From the NCBI GenBank assembly GCA_965213685.1, contig CBDBZY010000041.1:524778-588777 (forward strand): 64,000 nucleotides of DNA. Reading direction: 5' to 3'. How positions within the stretch are numbered: position 1 is the first letter of the stretch; each line of letters starts with the position of its first letter. The translations under genes were made by a program, and so were the position numbers. Below are positions 1 through 12,192 of the stretch, one piece after another. Below the pieces are notes generated by a model. The model saw only the letters and a list, made by a program, of their open reading frames with translations. It ran no database searches and was not told the origin of the DNA. This DNA is from a bacterium (GTDB lineage: Bacteria; UBA8248).

Positions 1-424
1 CACATCCTGTTTATTATTACTTGTAGATCTACTGTTGTTTACAGTGGACTACAGCTAGTTTACTAATTATTACACAGTGTGTGCTTTATGAGAAAACTTT
101 CCATCATTTTTAAAGTATATAAATTGTTGTGTAATGACCTTACGACTTGTGCTCTTTTCTATCAAACTCCTTGTAAATACACCTACTGAGTTTTTTGTAA
201 CATGATCAGTCAGCACTCACCACCCATACCTTTCTAACATCCTACTACACCTCCATTCACTTGTACAGCTTTCTTTCATGTGATGATCAAATAGTACAGG
301 GACAGCTGTACTAATACACATGATAGATACATAGGTAGCTACAAACATGGTTTTAGGCTACGCTAACACAGAAGTTGCACAATTAACGATTCAAAAGCAA
401 AACCACAAAGCAAAGTATACAATT

Positions 425-900
425 CTCCAATTAAAGCAGCTTGAAGAATTTTACCAGAGCGAGATCTCCTTCTATAATTTTGTTGCTCCAGAAATTTCTA
501 ACTAACTCAACTCTCTCCTCCAGTTTGCTTTTCATCTTCCTCTTTTCAGTCTAGCGTGCCTCTGCAATATTTCTATAATGTCGAGCTAGTGTTAGAGCTT
601 TATTCCTCTCCTTTCTAGTTCTTTCCTGCACCGTACCGCAGGTACTGTTGCTGACTTGCTGTTGCAGCTGCAGCCAGGTTTGTTTTCAGAGACTGAGTCA
701 CAACAGCATCAAGCAATAGTGGTGCAGTATCAGAGTCATTTTCCATATTTGGTCTTTGAGCATATAATACTGCCTTGCAATCCTGCTTGCCTCAATATTG
801 CGACAAAGAGTTTCATTAGCTCTTGCTTCTCTAATTCTTGCATACTGTAGTTCTTGATCCTCATCTCTCTTCTTCCTTTCCTCTATTTCTTGCAGGTGAA
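425..900 (-). pseudogene. Decayed coiled-coil ORF, probably a transposon accessory gene
   Basis: Reads EIEERKKRDEDQELQYARIRE... and ...RKERNKALTLARHYRNIAEAR*TEKRKMKSKLEERVELVRNFWSNKIIEG, with stops and frameshifts. Confidence 0.4.
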
Positions 901-929
901 CCACACTAAATTTCACAGTACATTCATGT

Positions 930-1070
930 TCAACCTTTGCCTTGAGGGACTGATTCTCCTGTGTCAGTTGTTGATTCTCCAGGACCAGTTGTGTGTTTTC
1001 TTCTCCACTGATGCAATCTGATCATTCTTCTCCTGTTCTTTTGACTGCATTTCTCGTTGCAGTGTTCCAA
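930..1070 (-). other. About 140 bp copy of the kinase-gene coiled-coil region, between ~73 bp direct repeats
   Basis: Nearly identical to 6905-7049. Flanks 857-929 and 1070-1143 are direct repeats. Confidence 0.85.
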
Positions 1071-1675
1071 TCCTCATTTCTCTTCTTCCTTTCCTCTATT
1101 TCTTGCAGGTGAACCACACTAGATTTCACAGTACGTTCATGTCAGCGTTGTTTTATGCCATCCAAAGTACCAGACTGCCAACTCTCCTTTTTAGATTTGT
1201 GTTTATTTAAATGATAATGCTTTCACCTATCTTTCTTTATTTGCAATGAACGATGTCCTCTGTGTGTCTGTAGAGAAATAATTATATCTATGTTAATAGT
1301 TACTGCAGATATGAGGTTAGACATATGTAACTATACACATATATACTGCCTGCTGAATGCTGCCAAGTGGCAGGCCTCAAATCAGAAATGTGAATACACA
1401 AATATTTTGGGCTGACCCTTTTTTGTGTTGTAGTAGTACTATTAGTAGATCATAGGCTATTATTAGGTTGTGCTATTTTTGTATATTCCTATTTAGGTGT
1501 ACTATATTTGTTGTAGTCTGGAAGTCTGCTGATTTAATACCAGTGTTTACAGTGTCACCTCAGAAATTGCTATCTTGTGGTTTGCATGCAGAGTACTGGT
1601 TTCCTGTTTGACTACTCAGCTGCATTTGACAGGCTACTGATAAACATTTTAAGAGTACACAGAACTATGCCGCAT

Positions 1676-1805
<130 letters not shown>

Positions 1806-1845
1806 CCACACCTGCATACATACGTGTACAAACATACGCGCATCA

Positions 1846-2110
1846 CATATCCCTGCCTGCCTGACCACACAAGAGACAGATCTCAGGTCAGAAATGTGGA
1901 CACAAGTCACACACCCCTGCCTGCCTGACCACACAAGAGGCAGATCTCAGGTCAGAAAGACACACATCACACATCTCTGTCTGCCCAACTGCACAAGAGA
2001 CAAGATGTCAGGTCAGAAATGCGGATATACAATACACACATGTACCCACACGAACATATACCCATGTACATATCACATATTTCTGCCTGCCTGATGCAAA
2101 TAGGCAGATG
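1846..2110. repeat. Minisatellite with ~60-70 bp unit (ctgcctgcctgaccacacaagagacagatctcaggtcagaaa)
   Basis: Three to four diverging tandem copies. Confidence 0.8.
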
Positions 2111-2661
2111 TCATATCAGGGGCTTACACGTACAAACACCATACACCCTTGTGTGAGATATAGACACTCATCATGTATAATCCATTTACATGGTTGTAGA
2201 AAACAATACCTTAAAAGTGGAATGAAAATTGAGGTTTCGTTTCACTTGAGCCACACTGTTACATCTTCAAGGTGTTTCAGTATCACAAGCAGGGAAACTT
2301 GATGATGATAGGGGTGATAGGCCATGTTTTTGAATAAATATCCTGTATGAACATATACACCACCAGGATGAGAGAGAAAGATTAAGTGTGAAATGGACGG
2401 AGGCAGAGATTAGAGCAAAACAGGCTGGCATATATGTAGAAAAAGCTCACCACAAGTGCTTTTCCTCCTTTGAAAGTAATGCGACAGCTCTTGGAGAGGC
2501 ATCATTCATCACAGACTAGTGCGAGTATCCCACGCTATTCAGCATGCGCATGCGTAGTTGCGTCTTTATCGTACTATTAAACAGCTCCTCGTGAGTGTTT
2601 GTGGTTGCAGTTGCTACCAAGTCCAGTTACATTGATTTTTCAGTGTGTACCATCCTTTGAA

Positions 2662-4251
2662 ATGGCATCTGGCAACTTTTATGGGAGAGGAGCTATGTTC
2701 ACTTCAGGATCCGGTTCAAATGGAGGTGACGGAAGCGATGGAGGATTTGCATGTTCTATACCTACAGTACGCCTCGTTCACATTTAGTGCAGCCACCCAG
2801 TCATGAACTAGCTAGATTGAACCAGAAGTTAGATCAAATGTTTGTGGTAATAACAGAGCAAAAGTCGGCGATAGAGAAAGGTAAGGTGTGGATGTTATTG
2901 GTAAATCAAAACTGCTATAATACAGAATTCCACTGTTTTCTAGATATACAAAAAGTGCTGATCTCAAGCAACAAGTTCAGACATTAGGGAGAACATGAGT
3001 GAAGTCAGAGCATCAATGAAATGACTTCAAGAGTCAGGAAAGTTAAAAAGAGGTCATATCCCCAAGGACTTATCTGTAAGGGCATTTTATATACAACTTG
3101 TTTTGTCCGCTGCAGTTTACAGTTTCCTTTGTTTTGCAGAAGTGTGTAAAAGACGTCCACTCTAAGTAAGGAAGAACAGTTCAAAGGTTCTGAATAGTAA
3201 GTTTACTAATTGTGATTGGTGTATGCTTTCAGCAACTATCTGCTTTCTTATAGCTATACCAGCACACACAATGCTCAAGTGAAAGAGACTATAATGAGTG
3301 ATATGAAAGTGAAGTTTATGGGCGCATACTCACCTGTTAGAATCAAGAGTAAGGATCACATGAAATGTTATATGTAAAATATGTCTGTTACTAGCTTAGT
3401 TCCAAAGGTCTGTGTTTAAGTATTTCCTCATGCCACTGTTATGTGCTAATTGGCTGTACTTCAATTACTACCTAGAGAGCACATCCTGTTTGAACAATCT
3501 TGTTGATAACGCTTCCTCTTAGCTGTGTTACTACAGTAAAAGGATCTCTTGCATACAAAATTTTGGAGCTAAACAGGTCAGATGTTTATGTACATCATCA
3601 ATGTATTATTCCTTGTACCTGCAGGATCCATCCATCGGACTTACCAGAAGTACAAAAACAGCAAACCAAAAAAAGGTTTTCAACAAAATTATACGTCTTA
3701 ATTTCTCCCTTCTCTTTATTGAATGCACAAAAATGCATCATTCACATGCGTGTGTGTGCGGACACACACACACACACACACACAGCTGTACAGCAGACAA
3801 AAAAGTTTCCTCAAGAGGGAAGAGGAAATAAAGAAATGGTCTGAGGTAGGTCCAGCCTACATGACAGAGGAGAGTGAAGCTGAGGGAGATACCATTCAAT
3901 AGCATCCTCTCAAGTGGCGGTCTGAAGGTATGTCATTTTCTTTTATCTCTCATCTCTCCTTACTTTTTCTTTTTCTGCGGAACTGAGCAAATGGTCCAAA
4001 GGATTGATCATAGAATTGAAAAAGAACCACTGCATGGAACAATACAGCTGAAGAGGAGGGAGCGTTCTGTGCGGTCCGACTCTGGCCCACCCACAACTTT
4101 TCTGAATTGGGCAGTAGATCCTGCCTATCAGAGACGATCTACAGTCCTGATTCCATGTAATGAAAGTTTGTCATCTGGCCAAATATTACAGCTCAGTGAT
4201 TCAGAATCACAGACCACATCAACCCAGGACTCTGACTGTAGTAGTGATTAG
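2662..4251 (+). pseudogene. Decayed multi-exon gene, C14orf93/DUF4616-like, likely transposon-borne
   Basis: Short GT-AG introns. Exon near 3786-3927 reads LYSRQKSFLKREEEIKKWSEVGPAYMTEESEAEGDTIQ*HPLKWRSE, followed by RIDHRIEK...PPTTFLNWAVDP. In-frame stops are present. Confidence 0.45.
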
Positions 4252-5063
4252 ACTAAGTATTGCATTGTGTTAGATTTGAATTCAAGTTTCTATTTATATT
4301 TATTTCGATAATTAAAGAGACCCCCAAGTATATAGTGTGGTTCTAGTATAAGTACTCACTAAACGGCATACTGTGTATGCCCATGAAGGTTTTGTCACGA
4401 TGTGGTGGACGGCACCGTCCTGTATTGCCTGTGGACAGGAAGCAGATACCGCTTACACGTCAATGGCGGGCACCGTAAAAATCCCGTATAAATGTTCCCA
4501 ATACGGACTAATACAAGGTCTGTCCAGAGCTCCGCGAACGCTGCGATTTACCCCACCTCAAGTTTTATGACAGAATTCATTTGCCATCAGTACGGTATCT
4601 GCAATCCGGTACTACACTTCCTGTGAAGAATAACATAATATTATATGCACCAACACTTCATTATGAAAAATGTGATTACAATTGCAGTATACAAAGTTTT
4701 CCACTAACCTCCTGTTACATGCTGTATACATGTAAACCAGATGCTTATAGGTGATATTTTCACAAATGTTTGGGTATAATTAACCCAACACACATAATAG
4801 CAGGTTGTATAGTGTGCGCATGCTTTCTTTACTATAGTAGTGTTAGCAAAATGTATATAATTATGTACATGTAAACCACAATGAACGTTCCACAAATTTG
4901 GGGGTGTAAGCCAACACTGCACACATAATAGCAGGTTGTAGGAGTGAAGTAACATGTATTGCATAGCAGCATACACAAATTATTAAATGTAAAATCAAAT
5001 CACTAGTGGTAGTTCACATGACATTGTACAGTTGTGCATAGTGAGGTGTTATCAGAGAAACAA

Positions 5064-5954
5064 TCAGTGTTGCTCTAATGATCCTACCCATACTTGCTGG
5101 GAATGCCCCCAAACATCCTCCCCTCCAGCCACAAGCAGTTCACCAGAGGGGAGTACTGCACAAGAGGGAGCCCACATTCCCACAGGAAGCTCTCCACACC
5201 TGCTCCATTTTTCCCCTTCTGCTTCATATCTGTAGAGCTCCTTTCTTTTCCCCCACCCTCCTACCAGTAGCAAGTGGTTCTGCAAGGCTAAGAGTGTGGG
5301 GCCACGTACTGGAGGGGATGGCAGTTCCTGCCATGTTGGGCCAGTGGTGGTATTGCGAGTTGCGTTTGATATGAGGGTGGGGAGGTGGGCAGAGAACATG
5401 TGAGGCCGACCACCACTCCAGTGATATGATGAGATGTATACGTAATCACTAATGATGACTGCTGTCATGCGGTGACCCCCCATAGACAGTGGCTGTGCAC
5501 TGTACCACTGGTGAGTGGAGCAGTCCAGGACTTCTACTGTGTCCTTGTTGGGGTACCCACATGCCACAATGAGGTATTGCTGGTAGCCCACAGCAGCTGA
5601 CCATGCTCTACCATTTGGCATTCTTGGGTAGTGCTGAGTATTCCAGCGGTGACCCTCACTGTCCCATGATTGGATAGCAGTGCTGCCTTCCTCACCACCA
5701 GCTAGTAATAGCTGGTCCTTGACTGATGCCATGGAAAACCAGTGCTCAGTGCTCTTTGGCAGCTGAGACCATTCACCAGTGGTAGAGTTGTATTGCACTA
5801 TGACATACTCATTGCTGCCCTCCTTAGCAAACCCACCTCCAATGTGGACATGTCCCTTCAGTAATACAGTTTGGGCACACAAGACTCCAAAGGGCAAGTC
5901 CTTTCCTCTCCTCCATTTGAGTGGGAGGGGCCATCTCAGTGGCTGGACCTGGGG
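5064..5954 (-). CDS. Kelch beta-propeller terminal exon (copy 1)
   Basis: Acceptor tag|CCCCAG, open to stop. Kelch motifs IGGG, LAGG, LVGG, VAGG. Confidence 0.9.
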   Translation of the reverse strand, partial: PQVQPLRWPLPLKWRRGKDLPFGVLCAQTVLLKGHVHIGGGFAKEGSNEYVIVQYNSTTGEWSQLPKSTEHWFSMASVKDQLLLAGGEEGSTAIQSWDSEGHRWNTQHYPRMPNGRAWSAAVGYQQYLIVACGYPNKDTVEVLDCSTHQWYSAQPLSMGGHRMTAVIISDYVYISSYHWSGGRPHMFSAHLPTLISNATRNTTTGPTWQELPSPPVRGPTLLALQNHLLLVGGWGKRKELYRYEAEGEKWSRCGELPVGMWAPSCAVLPSGELLVAGGEDVWGHSQQVWVGSLEQH

Positions 5955-8042
5955 CTATAATGAGGTGAATGATGGCAGGGAGGGAGAGAGGGAGGGAAGG
6001 AGGGAGGAGGGAGGAGGGAGAGAGGAGGGAGAGGAGATAGGGAGAGAGGAAGAGAGAGAGGCGTAAATGAGAGGAGGGGGTATAGGGGAGGTAGAGACAC
6101 CAGGGGAGGGGAGGGAAGGAGAGGGGAGGGGGAGGGGAAAGGGAGGGGGAGGGGGAGGGGAAAGGGAGGGGGAGGGGGAGGGGAAGGGGGTGGGGGAAGG
6201 GGGGGGAGAGGAAGGGGAGAGGGGGTGGGGAGGGGAGGCAGGGAGGGGGAAGGGGAGGAGGGGAGGGGGAAAGGGAGGGAGGGGGAAGGGGAGGGGAAGA
6301 GGGGGAGGAGGGAGGGATGAGAGGAGGGGTGGGAGGGATGGGTGGAGGGGAGGGTGGAATGAGGAGGAATGGAGGGTGAGAGGGGGGGAAGAGGACAGAA
6401 TAACCACAGCTCACAGATTTTGGTTTGGCTGGAGATGTCTTGTATACTGCAGAATTCTTGGTTGTCTGCAAAGAAAGGAAAGAGATCGAGGTGGAGTGAG
6501 GCATGCAAGAATAGAGAATGCTAATCTGCTTTGTCCTCCTTTCCTCTCTTCCTTGCTTTGTTCTTTTTTGCTTCCCCTCGCTATCATTTGCACTTGGAGC
6601 ATTACCTGCACATCAGCTTGCAGTGGTCCTTGAGGGGTCATCTGAGAGTGACCTTTTGGGCTGGGACTGAGCCTAGGGGGAGTCTGGAGGAGACAGGTTT
6701 GCTGTGTTTAGTTCATGACAAGAGATTACTAATCACTACAACAACTTTGTGATATGCACCAATCCTATCAGTTTCCTGCAAAGAATCAGTACTGAGAACT
6801 CTAATACTAGAGTCAGTAGCATGATAACCAGTACATGAATTGATCTCCTCTACTTATAAAAATCATGCATATAACAATACTCACCAACACTTGCTTGCTC
6901 AGCCGTTCAACCTCTGCCTTGAGGGACTGATTCTCCTGTGTCAGTTGTTGATTCTCCATGACCAGTTGTGTGTTTTTCTTCTCCACTGATGCAATCTGAT
7001 CATTCTTCTCCTGTTCTTTTGACTCCATTTCTCGTTGCAGTGTTCCAATGTGCTGGTTCTTGTGTGACTCAATCTGCTGGGTTTGTTTCTTCACTGTCTG
7101 CACCAACACCAACCTGTCCATGTGGCATTCTGCATCATCGATCTCACCCCTGGCCCGCTCCAGTAGTTGCACCACCTGATGGATTGAGGGCCGATCCTCT
7201 GGAAAGCTTTTGAGGGATTGCTTGATCATCTGCACAAGAGGATGGTCATCACAGAACTGGCTGTAGATCTTCTGCATGTACTCCGCTCGCCGCTCCAGCT
7301 CATCTCGAAAAACATGCCTTCGGTGCTCATCTCGGTACACTTGTGCCAGAACCTTATGGGGGAAGCGTTGTGTGAGGGTGAAAATGGCCACCACACCCAG
7401 CGAGAAGATGTCGATCGTCATGTCGTATCGAGACTCGTCTTCCAGTGCCTCTGGGGGCATGTAGATAGACGCACCAGGTGCTTTGGTCATGGTGGCTACC
7501 TTCAGGCTGGGGACAATCCTAGCCATCCCAAGGTCCGCAATTTTGGCTCTCATGGCGGAGTTAAGGAGAACGTTCCTCGCTGAGAGATCCCGATGGATCA
7601 ACGGCGGAGAACGGCTGTGCAGGTAGCAGAGACCTTGAGCGACGTCGTAGAGGAACGAGTGCTTGAGGCTCAGGGGAATATCAGGCCGAGTCTCCAGCAG
7701 GTCGTGGAGGCTGGTCAGCAGTCGCTCCATCACCAGCGCAGGAAGTCGCGAGTCCGGCAGCACGCAGATGCCGAGAAAGAGGACGATGTGTGGGTGGCGG
7801 AGGGTGCTCATGAGTCGGCACTCCTCAACGAACTGGCCTGCCGCCCTCTCCATCTCAGCCTGCGGTATTTCGGAGCGGTCTTGGAAGATGTCGTGGATCT
7901 TCTTGATGGCGCAGACCGCTCCAGGTATCTCCCCCTCCTCCACGCTGCCGTAGGCTCCTGAGCCGATTCTTGTGCCGGTTAGTCGCACGTTTTGGAGCTG
8001 AAACGCCCTCAGCTCGGGGTAATCGCGAAGGAGATTCGCCAT
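5064..8042 (-). CDS. Kinase/coiled-coil/Kelch protein, copy 1 (4 exons, ~725 aa, intact)
   Basis: Exons 8042-6885, 6683-6606, 6465-6415 and 5954-5064, all phase 0 with GT-AG boundaries. Kinase motifs GSGAYG, AIKK, HRDLSARN, DLG, YMPPE, DIFSLG. About six Kelch blades with GG...Y...W pattern. Confidence 0.85.
6885..8042 (-). CDS. TKL-like protein kinase plus coiled-coil exon (copy 1)
   Basis: ORF 6813-8042 holds a complete kinase domain. Donor TTG|gtgag at 6885. Confidence 0.92.
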
Positions 8043-8344
8043 AATAATTGTCGAACGCTCTCTGTGAGAAAATGAACAAACAAGGGCTAGTGATTTATTC
8101 TAGTCACGTGAGGAGGTGAATACCAATAATTATGTTATAAATACCGATATCCAGGTAACCGCGTGCATATTGTTGTATGTATCACTGTGATATTCGTGTT
8201 CGTGTCACGGCTTTACAGCGCAGCGCTAGAGCCACACGTATTTCCGTGCACGCATGCGCGTCGTCTCATGGTGGTCCACTGAGGAGGTTCGTATGTAGAT
8301 GTTATGGAACTGCAGCAGTTCACTAGGGATTAGCCTGCATGAAC

Positions 8345-9463
8345 CAAGCCCGTAGGCAGGGTGGGTGCGTAGGGTGCGTACGCACCCGCCCCGTTTGCAC
8401 AAAGGTCCACCTTGAGCATTATAGTTAACCCTTTAAGGACGATAAGTGTTCCTTTTGGATACAAATTAAAACGTTTACACAGCTTGCCACAAACATCCAA
8501 TTGTGGCGATCTAATAGTATTAGATAACGCAAAGGTAAAATGGCAAGTAGTTAGCGCAGTGGCGTCATAACGTATACCGCTGCGCTAATAAGTGGGCGTG
8601 AACTCGTGGTTCGAAAGTGCTGACTCAGCACTTTTTGCCGACCTACATGTGCGTTCCGAGCCTTCCTTGAGGGCATCGAGGTTGAATTTTGGCATGGAAA
8701 CGTAACAACATTCGTTTTAAGCGTAGACGGAGCGAAAACTCTCCAAGTCTAAGAAATTCCGAGTTATGTCCAGGTCAAGCTGTCCCGCTTCAATGTACAC
8801 GCGTGATGCGGAATGGCTCGAACGGTACTCACGTAAGGCTCTGAATCCTGTCAACCATTGAATACAACCGCTTCAAACATATGTACCATTCTTCCATATG
8901 CATATGCCATACCAGATTGCTTTGTGCCGCGGGAGCAAGAATGTAGGGTGCGCTAAAAAATAGTCACATGCGCAAAAGTTAGCTAATTGCTCTTATCGTC
9001 TATAAAGGGTTAATGTACGTTGTGTAGTTGTTGCGTAACTCAGCGTTTTGATGTGCGGAGCGAGCGTGTCACGCCTACTTCCAGTATAATGCGCATGTCT
9101 GCCCACATGCTAGTCTCGTGAACCAGATCGAATGCTCATTCGCAGCGAATCCCTTCCTCCCCTCCCCCTTTCGCTCCCTCATCACGGGACTACGTGGGTA
9201 CGTGAACCAACGATGCTTGAATTGGAGTCTTTGCTCATATACGTAGCATTATATACGTCTGTGTGTACGATACTTAACAGTTTATTGTTGGTAAGTGTAC
9301 ACCACATTTGACAAATGTATATCATCGGCATTATAGTACTTGAACTAACACACCACTTCATGTAATTGTAACATTCTCTGAATGTGTAACTTAGCCTTAT
9401 TTAATAAGGTCCACTTAATCAAAAGAAAGCACCCACCCACTCCGTTTGCTGCCTATGGGCTTG
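8345..9463. mobile_element. Non-autonomous DNA transposon with 5-bp TSD (hAT5-like)
   Basis: TIR caagcccgtaggcag...ctgcctatgggcttg. TSD tgaac. Absent at the paralogous site near 45020. Confidence 0.7.
8429..9009. mobile_element. piggyBac-like MITE nested in the previous element
   Basis: TTAA flanks. TIR ccctttaaggacgataag / cttatcgtctataaaggg. Confidence 0.8.
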
Positions 9464-10601
9464 TGAACTGATGGTGAGAGAGCCTTCCTTGCACAACCGT
9501 GGCCAATAATAGCAGCTATTACTAGGCATAACAAGGACGGCACTCTTTCACCACTGCTTCAGGATATTCTGTGGAGTCTCAATGTAGGACCATCCTCCAT
9601 ATACCCATCACCAGACAGGACTACCATGTCATATTAGGATAATTAACCCTCCCGCGCATGCGCGGAGGGTTATTGTAGTCGGTGTGTGTAAATTGCAATT
9701 GTTCGTGAGCTTATAATTATAGGGGGACGCTGCATGCAGAAAAACACCCCACATTGTGGTCGCTACTCTTTCCACACCTGAGCTGTATGGTACAGTATGT
9801 GGTAGCAAAATGATTATGTCTGTATAATTATAGCCACTTCATCCTCTCACTAGACCAGACTGAAACAGCTCTTAGCCACGTGCAGATGCCGATCGGGGTG
9901 TGAGCCTCCAAGGCCATTCTCTATCTGCTGTGCTGCTAGTCCTTGAACATGCAATGAAAGGAGCCCCACCCACTTTCACATTCTGATGCCAGCTTGTGGC
10001 ATGACGTCACTCAGAGCGGCACCTCAAGCTCCCACAGCTACGGTCAGCTAGCACTGCTTCCCGGGATCCTGCACGTCACGTTGCCCGCCCACGTGATCCA
10101 CCTCATCCTTGCCCTCATTCTCCTTCTCCTCCAGTGGTACTTGGAATACTCAGCTGTGCAGAAAGAAGTTCTTGGGTTAGTATGACTAGCCTACCCCTGG
10201 CCCTTGCCCTATCAAATGACCAAGTTAATGAGCAAAAGTCCCCTCATGTATTGTTAGTGTCTCTCAGGCTCAGTGCTGCCAAGTGAGCACTGCTGTACTA
10301 GCCGAGCAATTTGAATGTCTACCATATCTGCTAGCAATAATTGTGTAACTTCCACAGATCAAGATAGCTGATGCACATGTACAGTACATGCAAATACAAA
10401 TAGAGACCACTCACATGTACATGCACACACAAATTGTTCTCCAGTCCAGTGGCTACATACAGGGCAGAGGGAGAGTACAGAGAGCACCAACTAACAATGC
10501 CACACACTTTGAATGAATAACATTGCAATGATTAGCAACAGTACATACACATGTAAGTCCATCTCACAAAACAATTACTATGCAGTACATTTTGATAATG
10601 A

Positions 10602-10753
10602 TCATTTTGAGGACTCCTCATACACACTCCTCCTGTACTGTCCTCTGTCTGGTAGTATGTAGAGGGCAAGACTGTCGATGACTGTGGTAGTGAGAGTGAG
10701 GAGACCCATCCCAGATGCCAGGTGGAGAAGGAGGGTGAGTAGGGAGAACAGGC
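10602..10753 (-). pseudogene. P2X receptor terminal exon (TM2 and C-tail), orphan copy A
   Basis: GLFSLLTLLLHLASGMGLLTLTTTVIDSLALYILPDRGQYRRSVYEESSK* fits the P2X TM2 pattern G.F.....SG..L......D...LY......Y...Y. Acceptor ccctcag. Confidence 0.7.
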
Positions 10754-11017
10754 CTGAGGGAGGGAGGGAGGGAGGGAGGGAGGGAATGAAATTAAGGGAA
10801 GGAGTTACATGTACATTACTTATTTTGGTAAAGAAACATGCAGCAATTGAGAGAATAATATTACCTTGCCATTCACCTTGCCTTCTCCCGGATTCTGCAG
10901 TCCTGAACATTCCACAAAACAGTCCCATTCCCAATCTGACAGCACCTGGAACAGAAAAAGAACATACATGTACCATATCATGTACATATATACATGGATA
11001 TACCATGTGTGAATGGG

Positions 11018-12192
11018 TCAAGTTATAATGGAACGTTATGTTGGTACCCTAAAATTAAACATTTTTGAAGTACAATTGTTAGTATAGTTGTATGCCTTTT
11101 TCTATTACACATTTCACTCTGGTTTTAGGGAGAGAGCTACTCTTAAAGCTTGCTCCAGTAATTTGCATGAAAACTGAAGTGAAGAAGTCACAGATGTACT
11201 TCACAAAATTAATGCACTTCACATGTCAGGAGGTATGGGAGGTATACCTTTTTGACATTGCAGTAGCATGAAACCCTCCAACATTATAGCCTCACCACTT
11301 ACTCTGTACAGTGCATGAACTTCAAAGTAGCTGTGGGTTACTACATGTATGAGTGCATGGACCATGGCATTCAGTCATGAATGCATGCACCCATACATGT
11401 ACTTGAGTAGTCAAGTTGATGCACTGTGTGAAGGAAGTAGGTCTGAATGCTGTGGATCCATGCACTCATACAATGTCATATAGTAACCCACAGCTACTTT
11501 GAAGTTGATGCACTATGTGAAGGAAGTAGGGCCGAATACCATGGATCCATGCACCCATACATGTACTTTGAAGTTGATGCACTGTGTGAAGGAAGTAGGG
11601 CTGAATCCATGCACTCATACATGAAATCTCAGTCAACAAGACAAGGCAAATCAAAGCAACTACGCCCGAAGACAACTCCTTTTTCTCAAGAGAGAAAAAG
11701 GAGCTGCCTTAGGCGGGATTCAAACCCGCAACATCCTGCATACTAGGCAGACACTCTACCAGCTGAGCCACCAAGGCAGCCCAGCTGGGCAGGCTGAATC
11801 TTTAAAGGTTATGCAATGCAAAGGGCGTCTCTCCCCTGATAAACAGGGTAACTCTAACTCAGTACTGTGGAGTAACCCACAGCTACTTTGAAGTTGATGC
11901 ATTGTGTGAAGGAAACAGAGTACTAAGTGGTGAGGCTATAATGTTAAAGGATTTCATGCTACTGCAATGTCAAAAAGGTACACCTCCCACACCTCATGAC
12001 ATGTGAGGTACATTTGTGATGTACTATATTTTATGACTTGTTGTATCATTTTCATGCAAATCACTGGAGTAAAAGTAGCTCCCTAAAACTAGAGTGAGCT
12101 GCGTAACAGAAAAAGGCATACAACTTTACTAACAATCATACTTCAAGAAGGTTTAATAATAGGGTACCAACATAATGCTCCATTTTAACTGG
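11018..12192. mobile_element. Foldback element with ~330 bp inverted arms and internal tandem repeats
   Basis: 11018-11345 is the reverse complement of 11870-12192. Internal repeats of gaagttgatgcactgtgtgaaggaagtagg. Confidence 0.75.
11625..11870 (-). mobile_element. tRNA-derived SINE-like repeat
   Basis: Minus strand shows A box ggtggctcagctggtagag and B box gggtttgaatccc. Related pieces at ~52120-52210 and ~53640-53715. Confidence 0.65.

Noticed and set aside
5824-6633. Long Pro/Ser/Leu- or Gly/Glu/Arg-rich ORFs (also 18053-18501, 20731-22308, 51421-51990, 63033-63972)
   Set aside because: Artefacts of stop-free polypurine/polypyrimidine intron tracts.
7218-7961. Antisense ORFs over the kinase (also 43929-44614)
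   Set aside because: Shadow frames of a GC-rich coding exon.
8066-8077. ISRE-like gaaaatgaac upstream of the kinases
   Set aside because: Imperfect match that is better explained as the minus-strand polypyrimidine tract.
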